Below, one piece after another: positions 1 to 12,867 of a stretch of 64,000 nucleotides of DNA; position 1 is the stretch's first letter; every line of letters begins with the position of its first letter. The translations under genes and the position numbers were made by a program. Source of the DNA: Takakia lepidozioides (Eukaryota; Plantae; Bryophyta); assembly GCA_030704615.1 (NCBI GenBank), contig CM060734.1, positions 41,540,001-41,604,000 on the forward strand. Reading direction: 5' to 3'. The notes beneath the pieces were generated by a model, which worked only from the letters and a program-made list of their open reading frames with translations, was not told the DNA's origin and did no database searches.

Positions 1-3000
1 TGGCGAAAAATCGCCAAATTTCGACTTGGAAACTACGTCAGCTACTTGTACATAGGAATTATGGGGGGTAAAATCCGACTTTTTCGCCCAAAAGCAGCAG
101 TGGATAAATTTCAGGGGCCTAATCATGACGACGTGGAGCAGTTAACTCATGACACCTGGAATATAGCCACTTTTCTAACTCTGCCACCTCGATATTCTCG
201 CCACATGGGCACTGCGTAGAATTCCCAGGTGGCCCCGTCAGCGATTTTGGAAATATGAAAAACAAAACACTGGGCAAGCGGCATCTGAGGAGAGAAGCCG
301 TACCGGGAATGTTGGGCTGGGCTGGATCCGCGGAAATCGCAGCGACCGGGCGGGGCAGCGGGCAGCGGGCGTAACACCGCGGCGAAGTCAGCCGGATAGG
401 CACCGCGGCGATGCCCCGGCGACTTGTGTGCCGGCCGAGGAGCGGGCCCGCCGGCGTAAAGTACGGGGACAGCGCACGATTCCGGCGAGCGAGAGGCATC
501 GGCGGCCACGCTGCGCTGTTTGTAGCTGCGTTTGGCTGGCGCGGGCCCGACATTACCCGGCCGGGCCGTCGCGCCTATTCCCGATCATGGCTCGTCTGCC
601 TTCCTGTGCTGCTTCCACCCGCTGCCGCGTGTCCCTCGTCGCTTCCTGCGTCTTGTCCGGCAGCAACTCCCCAGCCTACGCCGCAAGTGCCCGGCGCTGC
701 AAGTCATTACGTTTGCGCGGCTGACCGCCCGTCGGCCTCGCAACAAAACGCGCGGGCGCGCTACTGAGCACCCCGCTCTTCACTCACATTTATACTCGTT
801 ATCGGGGACGTCTTGAAGGCGCCTCCGCGACACGATCGAGGTAGCAGGGATTTGAGCCCACAATCACCTGCGTGGCGCTCAGTGCGCTATCCGTCCCAGC
901 TACCGACTGCTGCTTATTATTGCACTTTTTGACATTCCCCACTCAATGCGCTGCGCCTCCTCTTTTCTAGCGCTTTGCTACCTAATACTGCAGGCTCGCC
1001 ACTCCCGGGATTTGAACTAGCGATCATCCCGACACCAGTCCACCGTATAACTGCCGGGCGCGCCATCAGGGCGTTACCGTCATGTGAGTGCCGCGTGAGT
1101 ACATGGTGCGGGGCGCATGTGCCTACGCCGTAACATGATGACGCATCATGTGCCCTACACGTAGCCTCGTATAGTACAGTATAATACATATATATCTACT
1201 AATAGGCGTACGCATGCGAGTGTAGAGATACGCGTGTGCGTAGGGTGGCCGACCTAGGATGGTTGGGTGGTGTGATAATTAGGGCATCACCGCAATGTGA
1301 CGTGGCATCTGCTCGTGTTTGTTGTGGATCACAAGCTGCTCTTCACTGTCCACTAACCCTACCCTGTGCTTTGTCGTTTTATTCTATTTTCATGTCTAAT
1401 AAAAGAGTCGGGATGGCCCGGCTCTTCTGTGATACTAAAAACCAACCGTTGGACCTTTTAACCTCTGAATCTTGGTTCTTCTTGTTGGGACGACCAGAGG
1501 GTCAAACAATGTTCATTTTCACACCAAAGAACTATTTAAAGACATTTTCCCCGATAAATGCGATAGTTCGTAGGCAGGGTGCGGACAATGTCTCACGACA
1601 AAAGGAAAGATGATGAGAGAGGTAACTTACGTATTGACGGCAACAGGTGGTGATGAGTATGAAGTGACAGCTCTCAACAAACTGAAATCAAAGTCAAACG
1701 AATAAAAAAACTTGTTCGTGGGTCCCTAGTCCCTACACGTTGCCGGCCAAGTCAAAGAAAAAATACAAAAGTACCGTCGAGTCGACTCTTGGTAGGTAAC
1801 GTTAGTGACCAAAGAAACGAAAAGGAGAGAGAGCAAACGTATTGTAGCGCATACACGTACATGTATAATATTGTAAAATATGGGTCGGGGTAAAATCCGG
1901 ATGAAAAGAGTGCCGACACGACACACGTTTTTGCTCGGCGCGGACCACCGGTTTGTGCATTCACGTGGCCACTTGGCACCGTATCTGGCAGGTGCCACGG
2001 GCGGCCCCGTATGTAGTCCTGTATTTCTCTCGCACGAGTCCATGTTTTGTGCGCAAATTTGTTTGTTCAGATTTTTTAGGGCTGGGCATCTATTTAAAAA
2101 AAACAAAAAATACTATCATTTGTCTTTGGATAGCAGCTCCACTTTAACCCCTAACGGACGAGGCAGTTTTTGGTGGGCCCCCTCCAAAACAGGACATACC
2201 CTCAGGGATGAGGGTATATCTCTCAGGAAACTAACATCCACAGGGCTGAACAGTATGAATGGGAGGCTACCTACTTCATCCAGCTTCTGTCAAAATTTCA
2301 GCTCATTCCACCCTGTCGTTTGGAGATTATACGAAATTTGCAAGCCCAAAATTTGGGGTACACTCCAAATTTAGAGTGGAAAAATGGTTTGACCAGGAAA
2401 TTGGATCGACAAAATATTTTTTCCTCGCAAGACCCCATCCAGATTCCAATTATGTGGCACCTAAAGCATGTTGCCCCAAAATTTCAAAGCAGAATTCTAA
2501 ATCTTGATAAGGTTGCTTTGTATGGAAAAAGGGGGGGGGGGATCAAAAATACACCATGAAGCTCAAATGACATGTAATTCAGGCTTAGGGGGTTGAAATT
2601 TCCTTGGAATCACAATTGCTGCGGTGAAAGTGTTCCTTGAATGATGAACTACTACCTCCAAAAAGAAATTCAGAATTCTAACAAAAATTCAGGCAGAGAT
2701 TTGCAATTGTTTTCATTTGTACTTTTGCCTTGTTGTCACCCCTTCATCCCACATTACTAAGGCAAATGACCAATTTTGGGCACTCTTGCACACTAAACAA
2801 ATTACTACGGCGGGGCTTTCATTATTTTAGGGTGCCATAAAGACGGGCAGGTGCATGACATCAAGGTGCACAACTTTCGTTCAGAAAGTTTTTTCATCCA
2901 AGGTCATCCAACGATTTGCCATCGTGGATGATTTTTGACGTGACCCTAAGGCGACCCGAATCCATTAGGGGTTAACTTATTGTATTTCCTAATATTAATA

Positions 3001-3055
3001 ATAATAATCAACTCTCCTTATCATCTGATCCACTGCATGTTGGATGGCCTGGGGA

Positions 3056-3680
3056 TACCGTCCCTTATCAACCATTTAGGCATTTTTGCGCCTAATAATT
3101 ATTAAAAACCAAACGGACTGCTTAGGCATGTTTCTCAAACCATTTCTCACATTAGGCATCTCCATGCTATAAGTTTATTGAATTAGGCACATGAGAAGAG
3201 AAAACATTTATTCAGGATATCCCTGATATCTACCTTTGACCTCAGTACCTTTGACCTCAGTGTAGAGGAAACTATGTGTAGATGTCTTGCAAATCTGCAC
3301 ATTGGAAATGAGGATATCCCTGATCTCAATGTGGTGGGCGAGGTAGGATGGAGAGATCATGATCATTAGCGAGGAGGATGAAGATGATGACATTGTCGAG
3401 TCCATTCAGGGGCCTTTCGAAGTTACATGGAGATTGGGATTTGTAGGAAGTTATTTCCGCACGCATATATTTTGTATTGATTTTTGTTCAATGAAATTTT
3501 CATCTCATTAGAAACAACATGAGAAGAGGCTTGAAAGTTTTTTGCTGGAATTTTTAGGCATTAGGCACTTTGGTCCCATAATTTCCGTGCAATTAGGCCA
3601 AAATTTGAAAAATTCCCAAAATGCGTTAGGCGCTTTCAATCTGAATTAATTATCGCCTAAACGGTTGATAAGGGGCGGTA
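3056..3680. mobile_element. Non-autonomous DNA transposon (MITE-like), TA-flanked, Tc1/mariner-type ends
   Basis: ~26-bp inverted ends including the flanking TA: TACCGTCCCTTATCAACCATTTAGGC ... GCCTAAACGGTTGATAAGGGGCGGTA. Internal TTAGGCA repeats. Confidence 0.8.
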
Positions 3681-6600
3681 GATATTTCTACTTTACAACA
3701 ATTTTCAAATTAGTTGCACCGGACAGATTTTCGGTTCAACTCTTACTGTGCACTGCTGCCCCTTCACTTGCTACGGAAACACTGGGTTGAATGGGTGACT
3801 TGTTTTATATTTTTCAAACGGAAACTGCACTGCAACCCTGTGTTGAATGGGGTTTCACTTCAATAGACCTCTGAGTAGGTAGTTGTTTTGGATCGTGTAA
3901 AAAATAAAAATGATTGCTCTTATCCTTACTCTCTTTTTTCTGTTTTATTTTATTTTAAAGAAGAGGGACCTTACTTTCGACTACGACCTACCAAGCAGTG
4001 TGCACTGTGGATTCTGGATTCTGGAGTTTTTTTCTTTTCCCTCGGGAGTTTTCTAGGGAAAAATACACCCCAAAGAATTAGGGAGAGACTCGAGAGAGAT
4101 GTGACTAAGCTTGAACAGGACAGCAACGACTTTGACCGTTTGATGTGCTCACTTTCCGACAGGTGCCTTTCCGGCCCCGTACCAGCTGCGCCGTTCACCG
4201 CCCGGTACTTATCGCGGGCCCGGCCCGGGCAAGGCTGACGATCAAGCGGTTGACCCCGCAGCTTGCTTCGGCCCGTTCGCCCGCCCGAGGCGCTCGCCGG
4301 GAATCCGGCAGCCTGTACTGTACGGGTGGAGAAGGTATATGTGTCATATCGGTACAAATATGCGTAGACGTATGGAATAGAATACAGTGCGCGTACAAAC
4401 GTGAACGCAACACACGACAAGAGAGTGTCGTTGCCGGGTCAACCGCTATCTTTGCCGTTCCGGTACGGCTGCTGTCGTCGGACACTTACCGGGCCCCGGA
4501 AACTGTGACAGGCAGGCGTGCACGGACGGTACGGTGGCGAGGGACATGCAAATGGCTGTCAAACAGTTTATGACTCCGCCCCGTCGTCCCTCTCTACACT
4601 CTCCTTCCTCTTCGTCCTCTTCTTGTGTTGCTCTTGGAGTGTTGCTGTTGTCGTTCTGGTGTGGGCCCCTCTGCTTTGCTTTTGGTTTCTCCTCGATCTT
4701 CGTGCCCAGGCGTCCTGAGTCCCTTTCTTCATTTCCTTCCAGTCAAACCCTTGTGCCTACCGTTATCTTCACACTTAGTTTCCTCTTTTGCTGCGAAAGG
4801 AGGACCTTAATCTTACTTGTATTTCAGAAACTAACATAGTTTAGTTAGCAATAGTCAGCATAGTTAGCATAGTTTAGCAATACTATCGATGTTTGAATAC
4901 CTAAACTAGCTTGGTTTGATCTGTTTACTTGAGCTATTACAGATTGGATGCTGGAATGCCATCAGATTCATCAGAGAGAAATGGCCTGGGACTGAGGCCC
5001 GCTAACTTAGTTCGTTCGATTAGGAAGTAAGGGGAAAAAAAGAGAGTCACACAGACCCCATCCTAGACACAGATTGTTCAAAGTTCAAAGTTCAAAGTTC
5101 AAACCAGGTTTTTGATAGGGTAATCGGCGAGGTACTTGTCTACCTACTTGCCTGTGCAGATAGGAAAGCGGCTTTCACGACATGAATGTACCGTACCAGC
5201 GCATCCAACAACAGACCAACAACATCATATCTCTCTACCGCTGTTTCAGTTTTTACTCTTTCTATGACATATGGAGCTCAAAATCTCTACCTTCAAAACA
5301 GAGGACAGCGACGCTTGCATGCATGGGAGAGTCTTGAGCCTTCACTTTTGTGTACATGTTCTTCTTAATACTTATGCTGTCCACCTCCAAACAGAGGACA
5401 GCAGCCTTTTGGGTGAAGAGACATTCCCATTCTTCCCATCTCGACCTCATAATATTCCCAGCTCAGGGGAAGCTCCCAATGCTTTGGAGCTTGGAAGGTT
5501 TCTGTAGTTTGGAGAGAAAAATTCCTCCAGAAAGCTGCCAAAAACCAATGTCTCCTCGCCTACTTGCTGCCGGCAGAATTTTGCTCATCAACTCAAATAT
5601 CATCTCAGCCAGTGCTCCGCATTCAGGGATTAAATTAAGGAGGTTTAAGGCTGCAAAAAGTTGGTCGAAACTGACCTAAGGGGCCCCAGCGGCCAACATA
5701 TCAGTCAGGAATTGATCCCAAGATCGACCGGATGGCAGCCATGCGCCAGACACAGCAAAACTTCCCGTTGTGCGTCCTGCAGTGGGGCCCGCGCGCAATC
5801 AATCCAAATTTATTAACCTAAAGCTTCCGTGGGGCCCACCCAATCCCACCTCTCATCCATCGCTCATCGCTCCGGGCACTGGGATGGATCTTTTCACATC
5901 CGGTTCAGCGAGGTCCAGTTTTCATCCATGCATGCTCGCCGATCCTAGTTTGCAGATTTCATCCGTTGACAGCAAACGTTGTGTCCAGCTTTTCATCCAT
6001 GCAGAAGAATGTTTCTACCCCACCAGGGCTCGAATCCCGAGCTCGCAACATCCGAGAAAACAGGAATCTAATTCATGCAGGACTGAAACATCAACTGTTG
6101 CTGCAGGCCTTGCTGCCTAACCTAACTTCCCAACCTAACCTAACCTAACCTAGCCCTTGCCTATATTCTCATTTCATAACATATCACTGTCACGAAATAT
6201 AAATATATTCTCGATATGCCACGTGGTTAACAGAGTTGAAGTGTGTTCATCATCCATCCGACGGTCACCGTACTGTGGTGGAAGGAAAGTACAGGGTAAT
6301 ACCGGCGCCGTCTTTTATAGGACCCTGATGTTATTTCCACGGACCAGATCCGATTCTCCTCACATCCAACGGATAGACACCGGTACACTGAGCCACTCTG
6401 CGTGGCAACGTACTATACGGCTAGACGTACGCATACGCATATATGAGTACGCCGTAATTCGGACCGGCCGCTACTAATCCCGCTCACTAACTACTAATTA
6501 CTGGGGGTGGATTAGGGTGAATTAATTGGAGCGTAATTATGCACTAATTAATCTAATCTGACATTAGCGCGCATGGGTCGGCCGACAGCCGTCTGACTGC

Positions 6601-7168
6601 GCCCCCTCCGACACTCGCCTGCCACGCGCCCTGCACGCCCCCTTTCCTTTTCCTTACTTTACTTTACTTTATCGTTTTCCTTTACTCCGGCCTTTCTTAT
6701 CCTCGGCCTTTCTGTTGCGCCACCGGTAACCGGTGACCGGCGACCGGCGCTGCTTTCGGTCGTTTGAATGCTCACCGGCCCGCTCCACGAGTGTCACGTT
6801 TTAGGGTTTCGCCTCCTGTGGATATTTCGTACTTGCCATCTTCCACTCAGTGAGCCGATATAGAATCCCCTCGCAGGATGTTGGGTACTCTGCTACATAC
6901 AACGCCTCCCTCCTTTATTATAAGCTCCACCTTTAAAAAATATATACACATATATGAATCCCAACAAACTTACGAGTTTAGGTGAATTGCTCTTTGCTCT
7001 ATTTACAGATACAGCATTAGCCACTGATGGCATGATTATCTAGAGTCGGAGAGAAATAAAATTGCGGGTGTGGTTGCGGGTAGTGTCTTGCGGCGAAGAA
7101 CAAGGAGCATGTTTTATTAAGCGGAGAGTTCGAAGCGCTAGCAATGTATGCTTGATCTACCGTGAAGT

Positions 7169-7438
7169 AGCATATTTTATTTTGTGGAGAGTCCGGAGTG
7201 GTAGCCTCGAGTCAATCTATCATTCACAACTGGATGTATTGTCAAACAGCATGTTTTATTTTGCGGAGAGTCCGGAGTGGTAGCCTCGAGTCAATCTATC
7301 ATTCACAACTGGATGTATTGTCAAACAGCATGTTTTATTTTGTGGAGAGTCTGGAGTGGTAGCCTCGAGTCAATCTATCATTCACAACTGGATGTATTGT
7401 CAAACAGCATGTTTTATTTTGCGGAGAGTTCGGAGTGG
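7169..7438 (+). repeat. 79-bp tandem repeat, 3 full copies plus a partial
   Basis: Unit AGCATGTTTTATTTTGYGGAGAGTCCGGAGTGGTAGCCTCGAGTCAATCTATCATTCACAACTGGATGTATTGTCAAAC starts at 7169, 7248, 7327 and 7406. A diverged unit lies at ~7106. Confidence 0.95.
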
Positions 7439-9071
7439 TGACCGGGCTCCAAGCAATGTATAGTTCACTGTCTGATCCACCGAATAGTGCGGTGCGGACC
7501 TTTGAGATATTAGGATTTTATGGTTTGGAGTCACTCGAGAGGCGTCGTCGGTCGGGAATAAGTGATGTAAAATAGACAGTGGGTCGGGTCGTGGTGGCAT
7601 CTATAAGTCCGTGTGCCTCCATTGTCCAGTGTGCCCGACACTGGATGCCATGGATTGCCAGACGGAGGTTGCGAAACACACAAGAATATTGCAAGAGCGG
7701 CGAGGGACAAGAGACGACAAGTCGACGCGCGCTGTTTTCTGTTTCTTGCTTTAACGCCTACGGATCCACGACTGTCTCTCTCCACCTGCTCCGTCCTGGC
7801 TCGTGTGGGTCCCGGAGACCGAGGCAGCAGGTGACGCAGTGTCAGCGCTGCCCTGCTCACCGACTGCTGCCGGTCCGCCAATGCTGGGCCGATTTGGCGC
7901 GCGCGAGTCCGATGCGCCGGATTCGCTCGATCCCTCGGGAACCGAGTTAATATCACGCTAATCCACCACCACCGCGGTTACTTATTTACTCACGCCCCCC
8001 GCCGTGCCTTCCGTTACCCCTCTCTCGCAGAACTTGCATTACGCCGCTCGTCAACGGCGTAACTAGGTTCTCGTTTGACGATACTCACAACACTACAAAC
8101 CCAGGGATCCCTGATGCTCCCCAACACGACACGGACACGACACGATCGTCGAAAGTGGGGGTGTCGAAACGCGCTGCTGTACTCACAACCTTCGCCCACT
8201 CCGATTCTTGTTTCACTAACATCGATTCTCTTCCACTGCTCACATCGCGCTTACTTAACTTACTGTAGGGGTCGGGACTGATTGCGGGTACCTCAGTTGG
8301 GAGCCAGCTGATCCAGGGCTCAAACCCTGTAGGTCCTGACTGCACTTGTGGGACGGGTACGGGCAAGTAGTAAATAAGGGCCCACTTAGTGGATAGGACA
8401 TGGGGCAGATTTAACCACACGGGTGCCTGCCCGACCTGCGGTTAGACGAGGCAGACGTGACTGACAAGGACGCCGCCCGCCGCGAGGGCCCGCCGCCGTC
8501 GCACGTCGTTGCGCGCCCGCCCGCGCAACCGCGCCAGCGCGGCTTGGGTGGCCGTGGAGGGCGACCCGGCCAGCTGCGTGGGACGCGAAGCGGCGAAGCA
8601 GGGCGGGGCCGCCCGGCGTCCCGCCCGGCGTCACGCCCGGTGCAGAAGGTCCGGCGCGGGGCGTGCAAGGGTCGGCGACCCGCTAAGGGGACCCGGCCCA
8701 GGGGAGGGTTGCGGGGGCCGGGTGGGGAGAAAAGCAGAGGGCGGGAGAGAGGGAGGTGAGAGGTTGGGGGGGTAGGCGAAGCCATCGCTGGCTGGCCATG
8801 TCGCTGTTGTTGCCCTTTGTTGGTCGAGAGTAAAAGCTACCGAGAGGGAGAGAGGGAATGGGTTCGGAGGGGTAATGAGGAATTGGAGGGGGTAAGAAGA
8901 GGGCAGCCATTGTTGTGTTGTGTGGGGGACGGCCACGAGAGTCTGTCTCAGATCCGAAGGGATCTGTCATTCTTTCACTTCCATTTCGCTCTCGCTTTTT
9001 TTCTCGTTGCTCAACAAGTTCTTGGCTCTCTTAGCAGGCTGGACTCGAATCCCCGGGGTCTGCAATTGTGG

Positions 9072-9268
9072 ATGCGCGGTTTTTATTTGGTGTATGCCCT
9101 TACCGAGATGCAAGAGTAATCGAAGGTTGCGTTTCTCTAGTGATGAACGGATCTCTCCGATATTCTTTGCCCTCCTTAGGAGGGACCTGCCAAATCGACT
9201 CTGTATCTCGTTCTGTGACGTTGCAAGCTCAGACACGTCGATTTGTGAGGGTGGTCGGTGCTCGGTAA
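9072..9268 (+). promoter_or_regulatory. Upstream ORFs in the putative ARF 5' leader (9072-9119, 15 aa; 9143-9268, 41 aa)
   Basis: ATG-initiated short ORFs 190-380 nt upstream of the ARF ATG, downstream of a GC/GA-rich promoter-like region. The transcription start is not known. Confidence 0.5.
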
Positions 9269-9455
9269 GACTCAGTGGAGCAGACCAATTTCCATCAGCC
9301 GTGAAGGTATCTTTGTGAGACAGAGGCCAACGTATTGGTGTGACTGAGGCAGATATCTGGTACGCATCAGCGGAAACGGTAGTGTTGTTAGCAGAAAGAG
9401 CGTCAGTAAGGCGATCAAAATTGCGCCCTCGGTTTTCCCAAGGGTGTGGTCGGGG

Positions 9456-12400
9456 ATGCACGGGCCAAGCCCTGGGCTGGCAATGAGTGTGAAGATGGAG
9501 AAATTGGATGACTCTTCAGGGGTGGGGCGAGATAGGAACGGGGGGAACCCCGATAGTCCGGGCGGGCTCGATGCGCAGCTATGGCATGCCTGTGCTGGAG
9601 GTATGGTGCAGCTGCCGCCTGTGGGAGCCAAGGTTATCTACTTCCCTCAAGGCCATGGGGAGCAAGCTGCAACCACACCCGATTTTCCTCGGTCTTTGAG
9701 ACCTTCGGGGACTATACCCTGTCGGGTTGTTTCTGTCCAATTCTTGGCTGATGCGGAAACTGATGAAGTGTATGCCCGCATGCGGTTGCAACCTGAGGGT
9801 GCATCGTTCGCACACGATTTGATGGAGGAATCCCCCTCCTCCCCACCTTTTGAAAAGCCGGCATCCTTCGCCAAGACCTTGACTCAGAGCGATGCCAACA
9901 ATGGGGGCGGTTTCTCGGTCCCTCGCTACTGTGCCGAGACTATCTTCCCTCCGCTGGATTACTCCATTGATCCACCAGTTCAGACGGTTCTTGCGAAAGA
10001 TGTCCATGGAGAGGTGTGGAAGTTTCGGCATATCTACAGGTATGTGTCTATCTTGGGTTGGCTGCTTTTTAGGTTTCATACGATGAGGGCATCACTGTCG
10101 TGTTCGATATGTAGGTTTCTAACTGCTCTAGAGCTCTGGTGTTGGGATTCGATAGTGTCAGTGGGTCTTCAGTCTGCGCACATCCCTTTCATATCTATTA
10201 AGTGGACCTACATCTTTATGCGTTTCCAGTAGCATTACAGATTGAAGATAGCTCTTCTTCCTTCATTGGTGGGCGGTCTAAGCTCATGAGCTGCGTAGGG
10301 GTTACAAAGATGTGGACAGAGTGATGGAGAGAAGGCCGTCAGTAATGTGGTGATAATCTTATTTTCAAGACCGTTCTAATCTTGTACAACTCAATTGTCT
10401 CTCATTTCGATCAGTCTTTGTGGATTACCGTTGATATGGATGGAGGAAGGTCTTGCCATCAGACATATTTCTGAATTTTGTCTCGATGGCACTAATGCAA
10501 ACAATTTTATGTTGGAAGAAGGGTCATGGTAGATGGTCGTCATGGTATTCTTCCTTCATTATCTTTGATCTGCAAGCAACGCATTGTCTGAAATTCGGAA
10601 TGAAAGCTTTTCCTGTGCAGGGGAACCCCACGCCGGCACCTTCTGACCACAGGATGGAGCACGTTTGTGAATCAGAAGAAGCTGGTGGCAGGGGACGCAA
10701 TTGTGTTTCTTCGCAGTGCAAGTGGGGAGCTCTGTGTTGGGGTCCGCCGATCCATGCGTGGTGCTAGCGGGGGGGACTCGTCCAGCTGGCACTCCAGCAG
10801 TACCACATCGGCGTCTGCACGGCCCTCACGCTGGGAGGTCAAAGGCACCGAAAGTTTCTCAGATTTTTTAGGGGCAGGGGATAGTGCTCTGGGTCTGTCT
10901 GCCAATGCTGGGGTGGTTCGTGCAGGGGGTCCAGGGCCCTCAGCCACAAGTAGCTTTGCCAGGAACCGGGCAAGAGTGACAGCTAAATCGGTTCTGGAGG
11001 CTGCATCATTGGCTGTAGCTGGAAAACCCTTTGAGGTGCTGTACTACCCTCGAGCCAGCACGGCAGAGTTTTGTGTTAAAGCTGCAATGGTGAAGCAGGC
11101 TCTGGACCATATATGGCATGCAGGCATGCGATTCAAAATGGCATTTGAGACTGAGGATTCTTCGCGAATTAGTTGGTTCATGGGAACCATTTCTACTGTA
11201 CAACCGGCTGACCCCCTGCTCTGGCCGAATTCTCCATGGCGTGTTTTGCAGGTAATGACCTGGCTTAAAAAGAAAAATAGATTTTCTAGATTCTTGCAGT
11301 TTATCTATGATTAGTCCTGAATAAAGGCTTTATGCTATGAGAGCTCCTGACCATTTTACTTTTGCATGCACTGATTGTTTCAGCCAATTTTGTCCACCAT
11401 TCTTCCTGTGCTTAAGGTGAGCTGGAGACCCCGAAGGTTTGTGTAGGCATAGGGTTTATTTTGTTGCAAATAAGTTCTGAGTTGATCTGGCATGTAATCC
11501 CTCTGATATCATTGTTCCACATGCTTTTTATTTGCAGGTGACATGGGACGAGCCTGACCTGTTGCAAGGGGTGACCCGTGTTAGCCCATGGCAGGTGGAG
11601 CTTGTAGCAACACTGCCTATGCAGCTGCCCCCTTTCTCTTTGCCCAAGAAAAAGCTGCGTGCCTCTCAGCCCTCTGAGTTGCAGTTGCAGGCGCCTGGGC
11701 TACTGGGCATGCCCATAGTGCTGCCCAACGGTTTACTTGGGCAGCTCGCCCCATGGGGTGCACCCGCGCACACAGATGAAGCCTCTGCTGGCATGCAGGG
11801 AGCCAGGCATGATCGTATTTACGGGCTCACGCTCTCGGATTTCCGGCCCGGAAACAAACATCCACTTTTCTCAGAAAATTTCTACCATCCAGAACATGTT
11901 CCACCCAACCGGAGCATCCCTACTGATACTGCTAACTTCACCTCTCTCTATGACCGTCCAGCACAGAGGAGCAATCTCTCTCTTGGGTTTGTGCCTTCAG
12001 GAGGTCCGCAAGTAGAAAATCCGAGTTGGGCCAACAGCCCTACTCCCAAGAGCACCTCGTTCTTGCTGTTTGGGCAGGCCATTGACCCTACTTCTTCAAC
12101 CAAGAGTCAGCAGCACTATCCAGCTGGTAACAGTTCCTCGGATGGTCCTCTTCTCCAGGATGGCCAGCGGGCATCCACAACCAGTAACTCATCCTCAGAC
12201 AACACCCAGCCTGAGACCTTGGACAAAATGCAGAGGTATCTGTCTGGTTTACCTAATGGCGGCTCCAAGGTGGGCACGGATGGCGCTATATCGCGGTATC
12301 ATCAAGGTGATAGTGGTCTGGGTTCAGACCCTTCAACTGGCAGTGTTATTGGAAGTCTGAAGTGGTTCAAGGAACTAGGACTGGACAGGGAGAAGGCAGG

Positions 12401-12867
12401 GGAGAGAACATCCAGTGATGTCTTCCATTGCAAAGTTTTCAGAGAAAGCGATGAGGTGGGGCGGACGCTCGACCTTTCGCACTTTGCTACATATGAGGAG
12501 CTCTTTGAGCGCCTGGCAGCCATGTTCAGTATTCAGCAATCACACATCCAGAGTTGTGTGGTTTACAAGGATACTGAGGGCTGCACCAAGCGTGTAGGTG
12601 AAGAACCTTTCAGGTTGGTACTGAAACTTGATCTTCTTCTAGTGCCCAATACTTCCTCTGAAACTCCTGCCTCTAGGACTGAACTGCATAACAATGTCTT
12701 GAATTCGGTGGATTTTCTTGGGGTCGCAGGTTAGTCAACTTGACAAGTTCTAACTGCTTAAGAGTTCGGCCTGGGGTTGCTGATGCAGGAGCTTTGTAAA
12801 GTGGGTGAAACGGCTCACAATTCTTTCAGATCCGGGTGGCAGTGGCATGGCGCGATCACAACCCTAG
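9456..12867 (+). CDS. ARF: Auxin response factor, class C (ARF10/16/17 / MpARF3-like); exons 9456-10039, 10621-11251, 11538-12613, 12789-12867; ~789 aa
   Basis: LWHACAG, B3 domain ([33 protein letters not shown]...WKFRHIYR|[13 protein letters not shown]), ARF domain ([22 protein letters not shown]...LQ|[10 protein letters not shown]), FLLFGQ repression-type motif and C-terminal PB1 ([29 protein letters not shown]). All introns are GT-AG and exon lengths sum to 2370 nt, in frame. Confidence 0.96.
11789..11809 (+). promoter_or_regulatory. miR160 target site in ARF exon 3
   Basis: TGGCATGCAGGGAGCCAGGCA is complementary to miR160 (UGCCUGGCUCCCUGUAUGCCA) with a single G:U pair. It encodes the AGMQGARH motif diagnostic of class C ARFs. 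Confidence 0.95.

Noticed and set aside
119-816. Overlapping GC-rich ORFs
   Set aside because: They are Arg/Pro/Ala-rich products of GC bias with no recognisable domain or splice chain.
1190-2100. Helitron 5' end (TCTACTAATA)
   Set aside because: No matching 3' hairpin-CTAG end or Rep/helicase remnant could be identified.
6115-6152. Telomeric repeat (CCTAA)n
   Set aside because: Only a few copies, and not the plant TTTAGGG unit. Treated as a simple repeat.
7169-7438. CRISPR-like array
   Set aside because: Whole units are near-identical with no unique spacers, there are no cas genes, and the context is eukaryotic.
8386-8970. Multiple ORFs on both strands upstream of the ARF
   Set aside because: An artefact of the GC-rich promoter island.
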